IMG/VR virus record: IMGVR_UViG_3300002461_000876
Source: a virus
Length of the DNA stretch: 64,000 nt
Reading direction: 5' to 3' (one strand)
The notes beneath the pieces were generated by a model. That model was not told the DNA's origin, ran no database searches, and saw only the letters and a program-made list of their open reading frames with translations. Positions 38,357 through 47,019 of this stretch are shown piece after piece (position 1 is the stretch's first letter; every line of letters starts with the position of its first letter). Made by a program: the position numbers and the translations under genes.

Positions 38357-38430
38357 TCGGGGTGAGAGGATTCGAACCTCCGGCTTCCTGCACCCAAAAC
38401 AGGCGCGCTACCAGACTGCGCCACACCCCG
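38357..38430 (-). tRNA. tRNA-Pro (TGG)
   Basis: CGGGGTG acceptor stem, CCTGT-TTTGGGT-GCAGG anticodon arm, GGTTCGAATCC T loop. Confidence 0.95.
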
Positions 38431-38470
38431 ATCTCGGTCCGACCATAGCCCAAGTCGTGGAAGAACTCCA

Positions 38471-38743
38471 TCAGAGAAGTCGAAGCATCACCACGATCGT
38501 CGCAAGAGCTGCGAGGATCCCAGCGATCCATAGGTCATGAGCTGCGGGTCGAGAAAGCTCGGACTCGCTCCTGGCCTGAAGTTCCCGAGCTCGATGAAGG
38601 CGAACCCAGTCCTCGTGTGTGGGTCCGCCCAGGCCGTCGCGCTCGAGGGCTTCGCGATCGGGTCCGATGGGTCGAAGGATCTTGACGTGGTCTCGGATCA
38701 TGTTCTGGGGCGGATCTATCTCCGATCCGGACCAGAACTTCAA
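38471..38743 (-). CDS. Small membrane protein
   Basis: C-terminal TM helix WIAGILAALATIVVML. Confidence 0.5.
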   Translation of the reverse strand: MKFWSGSEIDPPQNMIRDHVKILRPIGPDREALERDGLGGPTHEDWVRLHRARELQARSESELSRPAAHDLWIAGILAALATIVVMLRLL

Positions 38744-38745
38744 GT

Positions 38746-39831
38746 CTACCGGCAGGACCCGGACGCGAGTCTCCTCGCTGCTGCTCGAGGGTTCGAGGCG
38801 ATCGATCTTCGCTCCATCACGATCGCCTCGAAGTTGCTCCGGTGAGGCTCTTCGAGGGTCCCGAGGCAGTACATCGCGAGCGAATCGCAGAAGTGCTCCT
38901 CGGAGTTCGTCGCGGAGTATGGCGTCGGCAGGGCTCTCTTCGCCGCGTTGGTTCGCATGACGGATCGATACTTCGCCAGCGTGACGAACTCACGAGGACC
39001 GAACATCAGCGTTGGCGCCCCTCGTCCATCGCTGCCGTAACCGATCACGGCCGGGGCTCCCTTGATCACAGAGATCCTCTCTCCGATTCTCGGCATCGGG
39101 ACATCGTCGATCGATCTGAGGACATCACGATGATGTCCAGCCCACGCCAAGTGTCTCTCTCTCGTCCAGATTTTTTTGTAGTACCGATGTCCAAACTCGT
39201 GGATCATCGACTTGATCATGGACGACTCGAACCTTTCCGTGACAACGACGAAGATCGTGTCGACATCCGTTTTGTAGATTGCCGCGACCCTCTTGTCCTT
39301 CGTGAACGGCTCGACGAAGTGGATCTCTCCGTAGATGACGTCTGCGATCCTCGGGATCGAACTCTTCAGCATCAGGTCCTTCGAGGCCTCCAGCATCTTG
39401 ATGTTCGCCGACAGATCCGAAGCTCGAGTATGGTTCAAGATCGTGAACCCATCCACGTGCTCGACTCGTTCGGACTCAGCAGAGGAGCTCGGCCACGACG
39501 CGGACTCCAGTAGCGTCTGGAGGGACTTGATGTTCTTGACAAACCACGTCGTGGCGTTACGCGGACGACGTATGACATCGAACGCCTTGGACACCCTACT
39601 GAAGGCTTTCGCCTTCGATTGAGGGATATGCCTGAGGTGGTACACAGCAGCAGGAAGGTACCTCCCGTGCAGGAACGTGTAGAATGCCGCCGTCACGTAC
39701 GCTTGGTCTGCGTACTTCTCTGCTTCCTTCATCGACCCGAACCTGTCGATGAGGTAGGCGTACGTCTTCTCGTAGTTCTCCTTGAACAACTCGTACTCTC
39801 TCAGGAATGCCTGCTCGGATTGGTTGTCCAT
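38746..39831 (-). CDS. Zincin-like metallopeptidase
   Basis: MIHEFGHRYY and distal EEHFCDSLAMY. Confidence 0.65.
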   Translation of the reverse strand: MDNQSEQAFLREYELFKENYEKTYAYLIDRFGSMKEAEKYADQAYVTAAFYTFLHGRYLPAAVYHLRHIPQSKAKAFSRVSKAFDVIRRPRNATTWFVKNIKSLQTLLESASWPSSSAESERVEHVDGFTILNHTRASDLSANIKMLEASKDLMLKSSIPRIADVIYGEIHFVEPFTKDKRVAAIYKTDVDTIFVVVTERFESSMIKSMIHEFGHRYYKKIWTRERHLAWAGHHRDVLRSIDDVPMPRIGERISVIKGAPAVIGYGSDGRGAPTLMFGPREFVTLAKYRSVMRTNAAKRALPTPYSATNSEEHFCDSLAMYCLGTLEEPHRSNFEAIVMERRSIASNPRAAARRLASGSCR

Positions 39832-39869
39832 GGGTGCCTTGGACCCTACCAAAGGACTGAGCCGGACCC

Positions 39870-40116
39870 ACTTCCCAAGACGATCGACTCCGAGATGAAG
39901 GCGCCGGGCAGCCTCCACGCCCCTCTGCTTGTCGCCGGTCACCTTCTCGCGTACGCTCCGAGCAGCGTCGCCTCCTGGGCAAAACCGCAGACCCGCAGCC
40001 TTGAGGGGCAACATACCGGCGCCGGCATGGCGGGGTCCGGGCTCGCACAGGAGGCGACGCTGCTGTCAGGAAGGCCTGCCCAACTTCCCAAGACGATCGA
40101 CGCCGAGATGAAGGCG
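39870..40116. repeat. 34-bp direct repeats flanking a branched hairpin with a 16-bp closing stem
   Basis: ACTTCCCAAGACGATCGAC(T/G)CCGAGATGAAGGCG at 39870 and 40083; IR GCAGCGTCGCCTCCTG 39962-39977 / 40048-40063. Confidence 0.85.
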
Positions 40117-40117
40117 A

Positions 40118-40288
40118 TCAGGCGGCGTCGTCGCCCCACGACGCCGCGATCCGGGCCTCGACGACGATCGGCACCCGCGTCACCACCGTGGCCATCGCAT
40201 CCTGCATCACCTCGACCATGCGCACGCGCACGGCCTGTGCGGCGTCCGCCGGAACCTCGGCGAGGTACTCGTCGTGGACGACCAGCAT
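40118..40288 (-). pseudogene. C-terminal fragment of a family A DNA polymerase
   Basis: MLVVHDEYLAEVP...VPIVVEARIAASW: motif C VHDE plus the typical terminal strands; 56 aa, absent from the ORF track. Confidence 0.7.
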
Positions 40289-40315
40289 CCGACGATTCGA
40301 ACGACCGCGCCAAGC

Positions 40316-40825
40316 CTACCTCTTGCTCCGCTTCTTCTCTCGCTTCGCCTCGATCCCGACGAGGGTCTCTCCGTCGAACCACGCGAACAGGACGTCGCCT
40401 CGTCCGCGAAACGCTGGAGGGTTGAGGACGCCCTTCGCTCCGCACGAGTTGCACCACAGCGCGGTTGCTCCGTCGGAGACGTCTTCATGGGCGCACGTCT
40501 TCGGATCCTGTCGAGGCGGTGCGGCCTCTGTCCGACGACGAACGATCGGCGCCGACGACTTGGCCTCAGCCACGGGAGATGGAGATGGGCCCATGCCGAC
40601 GTGGGTGTACTGAACATGATCGTCGTTGTCGATCGCGTCGATCCATCGGACCATGTTCCATGGATCGCTCTCGAGACACGGGTGCGTGGCGACGGCAAGG
40701 GACAGGAACCTTCTCGCCCGAACCAGCCACCGTTGCTTCTGATCTGTGCGTCCGAGTCCATTCATGCGAGATGCAACGAACGCCGATCGCTTCGCTTCCT
40801 TGAAGTAGTCGTCCTGGAGGCTCAC
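40316..40825 (-). CDS. Hypothetical protein with C-terminal Zn ribbon
   Basis: GTGA overlap; CAH...CNSCG. Confidence 0.55.
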   Translation of the reverse strand: MSLQDDYFKEAKRSAFVASRMNGLGRTDQKQRWLVRARRFLSLAVATHPCLESDPWNMVRWIDAIDNDDHVQYTHVGMGPSPSPVAEAKSSAPIVRRRTEAAPPRQDPKTCAHEDVSDGATALWCNSCGAKGVLNPPAFRGRGDVLFAWFDGETLVGIEAKREKKRSKR

Positions 40826-41361
40826 GGAGACTTCTCCTTCATCGCTTCGCAGAGCTTGGAGAGCGACCTGGCGTAGGACTCCAGCGACGCCTGGGCATCG
40901 TCCAGGACCTTGGTCGCGCCCGAGGTGAGTTCGACCCTGTACCCGATCCCGGTGCGACGGACGATCGTCATGCCTCCGGACGATCGGACGATCTCTCGCC
41001 ACGGACGGATCACGCGCTCGTACACCGACTTGAACCTGTCCTTGCCGAGGTGTTCAGGAAGATCGAAGTCGATCGGTGGTCGTATCGTCGGCATCGCAAC
41101 ACCTTGGTCCGGTGAGAGGTTGGAGAGGTGGAGGAGGAGCCTGGATCGACGGGCGTAGATCTGCCGGAGCTTGGCCTCTCCGTTCTGGCTCAGCCTCCAT
41201 CGGTTCGTCTTCGCTTCGCCGTCCTCCCCTCTCGTCACCAGGAGCATGGACTCGAGCTTTCGAAGCGATCCGACTCTGGTTCGCTTGCCATCGCTGATCT
41301 CTTCCATCGCGAAGACGAGCCTTCGGTTGAGATCCATGCCCATGATCTGCTTCGGAGTCAT
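40822..41361 (-). CDS. wHTH-like domain fused to a module paralogous to 26553..26903
   Basis: LRKLESMLLV...WRLSQNGEAKL; VIRPWRE module. Confidence 0.55.
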   Translation of the reverse strand: MTPKQIMGMDLNRRLVFAMEEISDGKRTRVGSLRKLESMLLVTRGEDGEAKTNRWRLSQNGEAKLRQIYARRSRLLLHLSNLSPDQGVAMPTIRPPIDFDLPEHLGKDRFKSVYERVIRPWREIVRSSGGMTIVRRTGIGYRVELTSGATKVLDDAQASLESYARSLSKLCEAMKEKSP

Positions 41362-41606
41362 GGTCGGACGCATGTCTCGGGGAAGTAGTGGCAGCGTCTC
41401 ATCCTCGCCTCGATCGAGTCGATGAGTCGCTGAGCTCTCCTGAGTTCCGGGTCGACAGGGGGATCCTCGGCCAGTGCAGGTTCCGCTCGAGCCGGAGAAG
41501 CCTCTGGGATGACCTCTGGCGGATCCACCTTGGCCTTGGATGAGCATGCCAAGGCAACAGCGATCAGCGTCGCAAGGGCCGAGGCGATGATGAAGGTTAC
41601 CTTCAC
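41358..41606 (-). CDS. Small lipoprotein
   Basis: IAVALAC lipobox; GTG start overlapping the upstream stop. Confidence 0.55.
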   Translation of the reverse strand: MKVTFIIASALATLIAVALACSSKAKVDPPEVIPEASPARAEPALAEDPPVDPELRRAQRLIDSIEARMRRCHYFPETCVRP

Positions 41607-42004
41607 GACCCACCTGGATTGCAGACCTGGACCACCTTGGCGATTGTCCGCTGCAGCGACTTGTTGGCGGGAGACCCGAGCATCACGAACACGCCAATCG
41701 CACATAGTTGACACGGATCGATGATGCGAGTGACGACTCGGATCGAGTTGTCGATCACAAGATCGAAAGTCTTCGCCTTCGCTGAGATCATCATCGATCT
41801 CAGGTCTCGGACGATGCTGTAAGCCATATTTTGATCCATCGTCGTACTAAGACATGACACAACCCTGGACCTTGCGCAGCCTAGGTCGTTGTGGATGTAG
41901 ATCGCGGACGCGATTACGCCCGGTGTTCCGACGAGATAATCGACGATCTGCGACGACGTTGGATTATTCCCAAGCACTCGACGGTACGGCTTCTGCTCGT
42001 TCAT
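41603..42004 (-). CDS. Possible Roadblock/LC7-like protein
   Basis: LVGTPGVIASAIY...GSPANKSLQRTIAKVV. Confidence 0.4.
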   Translation of the reverse strand: MNEQKPYRRVLGNNPTSSQIVDYLVGTPGVIASAIYIHNDLGCARSRVVSCLSTTMDQNMAYSIVRDLRSMMISAKAKTFDLVIDNSIRVVTRIIDPCQLCAIGVFVMLGSPANKSLQRTIAKVVQVCNPGGS

Positions 42005-42594
42005 TCCTCTGTCCTTTTCTCCCCGATCTTCATCCGGAGATCCTTGATGACGTCATCGGTCCACGCGGCGGGTCGGAGCGTCGGACGGTTCGAGTCATCG
42101 ATCAGGCCGATCGCGCGAAGTCGGCGAAACCCTTGCCTCCAGGCGTAGGACCTCTCGTAATCCGCGACCTCTTCGAGCATCGCGTTCTCCTCTTCGGAGA
42201 TCAGGGGAACTGTCGTTCCTCCCTGCCACTTGAGAACGGCTCGAAACAGCTTGTCGCCCACCTTGAGGTGTCGGCACCAGCATCTCTCGAGCTGGAGGAG
42301 CAGGAAGTCTTCGGGGACCGTCTCGTAGTCGAGGTCCGGAGGAGCCGTGACGATGTGGGCGATCTCGTGAAATACGCGCTCGAACGTGGCTCCGTAGCAG
42401 CAGTACACGGTCCGTGTCGATATCTCGAGGCCGGCGGTTCGGTCGGGTCCGTTCAGGAGTCGCCTCTCCGAGGTGTGCTCGATGTTGATCGCGTAGGCAT
42501 CGAGCAGCTTCTGGATGACCCGAACGCCTCTTGGATCCCGTATCGACCCGATCGGAGTGTTTCGCACATGATCTTTCTCGATGGATGCGATCAT
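42001..42594 (-). CDS. HExxH (zincin-like) protein
   Basis: VFHEIAH; resembles 48481..49119. Confidence 0.55.
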   Translation of the reverse strand: MIASIEKDHVRNTPIGSIRDPRGVRVIQKLLDAYAINIEHTSERRLLNGPDRTAGLEISTRTVYCCYGATFERVFHEIAHIVTAPPDLDYETVPEDFLLLQLERCWCRHLKVGDKLFRAVLKWQGGTTVPLISEEENAMLEEVADYERSYAWRQGFRRLRAIGLIDDSNRPTLRPAAWTDDVIKDLRMKIGEKRTEE

Positions 42595-42962
42595 GGCTTC
42601 TTCCGATCCGATCCGACGAGGTTGTCGTTGACCCGCGGCTTCCATCCTCGAGGAGGCCTCCAGCCTTCCGAGGTCGCCTTGAGAGCCCAGTCGGGCATCG
42701 GGAGCTTGTCCTGCCACGCCTTGACCGCTGCCCTCGCCGCTGCAAGGGCTCTCTTGACGGACGACTCAGACTCCCACTCCAGTCGACCAAGTCTTCCCTT
42801 CGTGGGGTCTCCGATCATCTTCGCGGCCTGCGTCGCGGCAAAGTGATCCGATCCGTCGTTCTTGATGTCTTCCCCAAGTGCGAGACCCGGGCCATCGTTG
42901 TCGAACCAAGCGATGAAGAAGTCGTACCCCTGCTCGAACCATTCCAGCTTCATGTCGCTCAT
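42591..42962 (-). CDS. Hypothetical protein
   Basis: ATGA overlaps. Confidence 0.6.
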   Translation of the reverse strand: MSDMKLEWFEQGYDFFIAWFDNDGPGLALGEDIKNDGSDHFAATQAAKMIGDPTKGRLGRLEWESESSVKRALAAARAAVKAWQDKLPMPDWALKATSEGWRPPRGWKPRVNDNLVGSDRKKP

Positions 42963-43189
42963 GGGACGACTTCCTTCTCGACCGATCTCCAGGTATCCGG
43001 GTTGACCGTCTTGAAGAGATCCCACTTCTCGCGGAGCTCCACGATCTTGCGCCGGTTGGTCTCGTCGCCGTACCCCTTCCGGATCCGCTCGACGAGCTCG
43101 TTCTTGCAGCGGCGCATCGCTTCCTCGAGATCGTAGCCGCGCAGCTGCGTCTCCTCGATCGTAATCTGAACCTTTCGTCGTCGCGGCAT
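42959..43189 (-). CDS. Hypothetical protein
   Basis: 76 aa ORF in operon. Confidence 0.55.
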   Translation of the reverse strand: MPRRRKVQITIEETQLRGYDLEEAMRRCKNELVERIRKGYGDETNRRKIVELREKWDLFKTVNPDTWRSVEKEVVP

Positions 43190-43204
43190 GGGATCGTCCT
43201 TGGG

Positions 43205-43624
43205 CTAGGCGCTGGGGAGCAAGAAGTGCTTGATCACGCGCTCGGCGATGGCACACGCGGACCTGGGCTTGAAAACCCCGAGGTCTGATTCTTTGAAGTC
43301 CGTCACGATGTTGAGTGGGAGTCCTGCGCATGCGTCGACGAAGATGGATGTCTCGCCCAGCTTCGCGATGAAGCCTTGACCCCGCTCGTCGGCGCGACTT
43401 CCGTCGAGCGGAAAGTTCATCGACTCTCCAGCCAACAGTAGAGGCCGACGGGGATGATCCGCGCTGCTCAGGTTGAAGCACTCCCAGCCCAGCGCCTCGA
43501 GCGCCTGGCGAGCGAGCCAGATCTGCAACTCTCGAGGGGTGGAGAAGTCCAGGGAACGGGTGGTCTCGGTGATCGATGATGCGGAGTTCATGGTGACGTT
43601 CTCGTCGTCGAGGATGAAGATCAA
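43205..43624 (-). CDS. Hypothetical protein
   Basis: TTG start overlapping the upstream stop. Confidence 0.5.
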   Translation of the reverse strand: MIFILDDENVTMNSASSITETTRSLDFSTPRELQIWLARQALEALGWECFNLSSADHPRRPLLLAGESMNFPLDGSRADERGQGFIAKLGETSIFVDACAGLPLNIVTDFKESDLGVFKPRSACAIAERVIKHFLLPSA

Positions 43625-43812
43625 GCCTTGTGATCCATCAGGATCTTGGACGCTCCCGCAACGAAACGCTGCGCTGCGTCCATCGCACACCTCAGGTTCG
43701 CGAGCGCTTCATCGTCAGTCTTGGACGACTCTGCGTCTTCCATGTTGTTCACAACTGCGTCGGCTTCGTCACGCAGTCCGGCGTTGCTGATCTCTTCGAT
43801 GGTTGTCGGCAT
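43621..43812 (-). CDS. Small helical hypothetical protein
   Basis: Directly downstream of hairpin leader A. Confidence 0.6.
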   Translation of the reverse strand: MPTTIEEISNAGLRDEADAVVNNMEDAESSKTDDEALANLRCAMDAAQRFVAGASKILMDHKA

Positions 43813-43816
43813 CGTA

Positions 43817-43879
43817 TCTCTCCACGTCTTCGAGCCCGCACGCTCGGCCCAAGGTGGCTGCGTTACGGGCGGGCTCGAG
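43817..43879 (-). promoter_or_regulatory. Hairpin leader motif, copy A
   Basis: TCGAGCCCGCCCGTAACGCAG...CCGAGCGTGCGGGCTCGA-N-GACGTGGAGAGA ahead of ATG 43812. Confidence 0.8.
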
Positions 43880-43890
43880 ATGATGTGATC

Positions 43891-44472
43891 CTAGTCGATC
43901 GGTGGGCCGCCGAAGCTGTCAGGAGTCGCCATGGGCGGGCCGAAGTTTCCGTCCTGAGGATCGGGCCAGGCGAAGCGACCCTCCACTCGTCCATTGTGCA
44001 CCAGGGCCGCCAGTTCGTTCACGATCTCGGGCAACCCCAGGAGGTTGAAGTCTTCACGGACGTGTCCGAAGACAGAGACGTGCAGGCATCCGTGGCGGCG
44101 CTGGTGTACCCGAGCCACGATGCGGAATACGTTTCCGCTGTCGCACCGGCGGAACTCGATGTGGATGTCATCGGGTCCGATCCCGATCTTCTCGGCCGCC
44201 GACGTGATCGTATCGTTCATGATCTTGAGAACATCCACTGCCTTGGTTGACGATGGATGCGGCCACGAGATCAGTGTCGCACCACCGCTAGCTTCGGTAC
44301 GAATCTTGTCGTTGTCGTCGCGGTAGTAGCCGATCTGGCCCGGCCCTGAGTAGCGATCGGTGACGCTGTCGTAAACGGGTGCCGAGTCGAGCGGATCGAG
44401 CGTCACTCGCACGAGTGCCTTCTCGACGAGAAGCGCGCGGATTTCGTCATGTGTCCAGTGCCGAGGTTTCAT
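43891..44472 (-). CDS. Hypothetical protein
   Basis: Lies between leader copies B and A. Confidence 0.65.
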   Translation of the reverse strand: MKPRHWTHDEIRALLVEKALVRVTLDPLDSAPVYDSVTDRYSGPGQIGYYRDDNDKIRTEASGGATLISWPHPSSTKAVDVLKIMNDTITSAAEKIGIGPDDIHIEFRRCDSGNVFRIVARVHQRRHGCLHVSVFGHVREDFNLLGLPEIVNELAALVHNGRVEGRFAWPDPQDGNFGPPMATPDSFGGPPID

Positions 44473-44476
44473 GGTG

Positions 44477-44541
44477 GGTCTCTTCACGTCTTCGAGCCCG
44501 CACGCTCGGACCCAAGGGTCTGCGTTACGGGCGGGCTCGAG
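44477..44541 (-). promoter_or_regulatory. Hairpin leader motif, copy B
   Basis: Same motif ahead of ATG 44472. Confidence 0.8.
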
Positions 44542-44553
44542 GTCGTCGTTGGA

Positions 44554-44874
44554 CTACTTGCCTTGACGATCAGCGTTCCATCCCGCTCTGGCGCACCTCC
44601 CCAACGCCGACTTGGCGTACTTGGCATGTGCCCTGTACTCAGGATCCTGGCCTGGGTCATCGAGAAGAGAGAGACATACCAAGACGTAGGAGATCGCACT
44701 CCAGGTCGTCGCATCGACGAGAAGATCCTTACAGCTTCCGTGCTGCCCTCGGCAGTGATCCAGGACTGCTGAAGATCCGTCGTGATCGAACTCTCGAATG
44801 TCATCGAGTACACTCGACGCGAACGAACCTCTCAACTTGAGAAAGAATGGCTTCTCCATCATCGATGTCTCCAC
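44554..44874 (-). CDS. Hypothetical protein
   Basis: 106 aa ORF; start uncertain. Confidence 0.4.
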   Translation of the reverse strand: METSMMEKPFFLKLRGSFASSVLDDIREFDHDGSSAVLDHCRGQHGSCKDLLVDATTWSAISYVLVCLSLLDDPGQDPEYRAHAKYAKSALGRCARAGWNADRQGK

Positions 44875-44881
44875 GATGAGG

Positions 44882-45169
44882 TCAGCGGCGCGGCGGGCTT
44901 CCGTCGCTGTATCCGAGGTGCCGGAGCGACCACGCCCGATCGGCTTCGGACTTGCAGGAGAAGCGCTCGACGACGTCTCCGGGATGTTCTGCGCGGAGCC
45001 GGTCGCGGACGTCCTCGGCGATGGAGCTAGCGACCGACCCGGTGTGCGTGCCGAGCTCGCTGCGCAGCAACTCGATGGGGGTCGCGTTGCGGTCGCACCA
45101 GCGGGCGACCACCTCGACGGCTAGGCCGGTGTGCGTGGAGTCGGTGAGGTAGACTTGAATGGTGGTCAT
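44882..45169 (-). CDS. Hypothetical protein
   Basis: ATG 45169. Confidence 0.55.
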   Translation of the reverse strand: MTTIQVYLTDSTHTGLAVEVVARWCDRNATPIELLRSELGTHTGSVASSIAEDVRDRLRAEHPGDVVERFSCKSEADRAWSLRHLGYSDGSPPRR

Positions 45170-45171
45170 GG

Positions 45172-45462
45172 CTAGATCCTTAGGATCCCTTCCAGCTGCG
45201 TGCGGCCCACGTCGGTCATCTTCCACGTTGCTGCATCCTCGCACGCGTCGCGGCAAGCGGAGGCGAGGTCAGCGATCGTCGCTGGACCGGCCACAGTGAT
45301 GCCTTTCTCTGCGCACTGCTGCTCCTGGGCGAGGATGCCGAGGTAGCGCTTCGCTTCGCGTTGCACGACGCGGCGGATCGCGCTGCGACCTTCGAGCATC
45401 CTTGCTCGAGCGATGATCGTGTCGGCGTACTCGCGAACGGTCGTCTCGGTGCTCACCGTCAT
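45172..45462 (-). CDS. Hypothetical protein
   Basis: 96 aa ORF in operon. Confidence 0.55.
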   Translation of the reverse strand: MTVSTETTVREYADTIIARARMLEGRSAIRRVVQREAKRYLGILAQEQQCAEKGITVAGPATIADLASACRDACEDAATWKMTDVGRTQLEGILRI

Positions 45463-45680
45463 CGTCCTGCGTTGATCACGTTGACGTAGCTGTGAGGCTC
45501 GTTGCTGTCATCGAAGCCCAGCATGGCGAGGTGACTGCAGATCGCGTCGCGATCCTGAGCGTCAGCTCGGAGGTCACGGTTGCGCGTGAGTCGAGCGAGG
45601 AGCGAGGCGAGATTCTCGAGAGCGAACGCTTGATCCTCCGCGAGTCGAGGGCCGCCGGGAACATGTCGTTGATGGGGCAT
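45459..45680 (-). CDS. Small hypothetical protein
   Basis: AGGAG RBS, ATG 45680. Confidence 0.5.
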   Translation of the reverse strand: MPHQRHVPGGPRLAEDQAFALENLASLLARLTRNRDLRADAQDRDAICSHLAMLGFDDSNEPHSYVNVINAGR

Positions 45681-45688
45681 GAAGTCTC

Positions 45689-46027
45689 CTACTCGAACCG
45701 GTCGAAGACCGGGATCGGGTGAGCGCTGAAGTCGTGGAAGCGCGAGTCGTTGGAGTAGACGAAGTTTCCACCCGATCGAGGGAACCCTTCGGCGCCCATC
45801 GGGACGGCCTCGATGTGGATCTCGCCGCCGGAGAACTGGCGTCGGCGCAGGAGGAGGCAGACCGAGTCTTCTCGATCTTTGACCTCTTCGAGGGCGACGT
45901 TGCCGTTCTTGATCTCCGGTCCGAACACGTAGAAGCGCTTGCCTTTGGCCCGGGCAGGCGAGGTCACGCCGTTGAGGGTGCAGTCGCCGAGATCGCTGCG
46001 AAGAACGTACACGAGGAGACCCTTCAC
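45689..46027 (-). CDS. Hypothetical phage protein
   Basis: GGAGG RBS, GTG start; LVYVLRS...DCTLNGVTS...GGNFVYSNDSRF. Confidence 0.65.
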   Translation of the reverse strand: MKGLLVYVLRSDLGDCTLNGVTSPARAKGKRFYVFGPEIKNGNVALEEVKDREDSVCLLLRRRQFSGGEIHIEAVPMGAEGFPRSGGNFVYSNDSRFHDFSAHPIPVFDRFE

Positions 46028-46089
46028 TTCGCACCTCCAGGATGGCTTGTCTTGCTCACACCTCTTCGACGCGTGCACCTTGGGACTTC

Positions 46090-46250
46090 TTCCACTCCCC
46101 ATGCGCTGAGGCGCTCGAGGAGCCGGGTTGCAAGGATGGTCCGGAGACGTTACCCTACCGGTGGGGTTTCCGCTACCCCTGGTGCGCCTGGGCGCATGAG
46201 GACCTGGTCGACTCGAGCTCCTCGAGCGGCCGAGCGCATGGGGAGTGGAA
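46090..46250. repeat. 34-bp inverted repeat at the divergent transcription switch
   Basis: TTCCACTCCCCATGCGCT-NNNN-CGCTCGAGGAGC at 46090-46123 vs 46217-46250, 31/34 matches. Confidence 0.85.
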
Positions 46251-46295
46251 GCCAGGTGTGTCCGGGGACGTCGAAGGGGTGAGAGGCAAGAGACG

Positions 46296-46796
46296 ATGAG
46301 GAAGAAGAGTTCGAAGAAGTCCAACGCCAAGACTCCGTACCGGGCTATCCTGGACGTCATCGATTCCTCAACGAGGTACAACCTGGGCGACCGCATGAAT
46401 CTCCTACTGAGCGCCGCTGCGATGCTGGGCTACGAACTCGGTGGTGGACTCAGGCACGAACTGGAGAGTTGCGACGGTGGCCTTTCGATGGTTCTGGACG
46501 AGAATCAGGTCCTTCGACTGTGTGACAAGATCGATGCGGAGGTCGGCAAGAAGAACGAGTGGGTCTTGCCCAAGCTTCGACGTCGGCCATTGATCGGTCG
46601 TGGCCATGCCAAGGCACGCTTCGAATCCATCATGAACAAGATCAACTCAGCGAAGCGAAAGTTCGGCGTACTGGATCGTATGGGCGTGCTCCTGAACTCC
46701 GCTGTACTGATCGGATTCGACGAGGATCTGCTCAGCGATGATCAGTATCGTCGCTTGTGGGACGCGATCATGGAGTTTGTCGGATCGCGTTCGTGA
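46296..46796 (+). CDS. Hypothetical protein with two similar helical repeats
   Basis: LGDRMNLLLSAAAMLGY vs VLDRMGVLLNSAVLIGF. Confidence 0.6.
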   Translation: MRKKSSKKSNAKTPYRAILDVIDSSTRYNLGDRMNLLLSAAAMLGYELGGGLRHELESCDGGLSMVLDENQVLRLCDKIDAEVGKKNEWVLPKLRRRPLIGRGHAKARFESIMNKINSAKRKFGVLDRMGVLLNSAVLIGFDEDLLSDDQYRRLWDAIMEFVGSRS

Positions 46797-46839
46797 TCGA
46801 GCGGCCCAGTCGGTAACCTTCCACCAAGAGGAGTTTTCC

Positions 46840-47019
46840 ATGTTCTCGAACACATCCACGTTCCGCGCCGACATCGGCAACAACCTCCGGGTCGAGAGCG
46901 GTCTCGCGGCTCGGCACTACCTCCGGACCTTCTACAACTACCCCCGGCTTGCCCGGACCGTCTTGCCCCGCACCGAGCACTCGACCTGCACCGGCGAGGG
47001 CCTGGAGGTGGCGCGATGA
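46840..47019 (+). CDS. Small hypothetical protein
   Basis: GAGGAG RBS. Confidence 0.5.
   Translation: MFSNTSTFRADIGNNLRVESGLAARHYLRTFYNYPRLARTVLPRTEHSTCTGEGLEVAR

Noticed and set aside
38271-38430. tRNA 3' ends as prophage att sites
   Set aside because: I noticed no duplicated tRNA 3' segment and no integrase in the window; this was not searched exhaustively.
40118-40825. Stop-codon readthrough joining ORF 40316..40825 to the in-frame PolA fragment, or a recoded TAG
   Set aside because: The upstream ORF has no polymerase motifs, and TAG ends many other genes normally (for example fcl-adjacent ORFs and the transposase).
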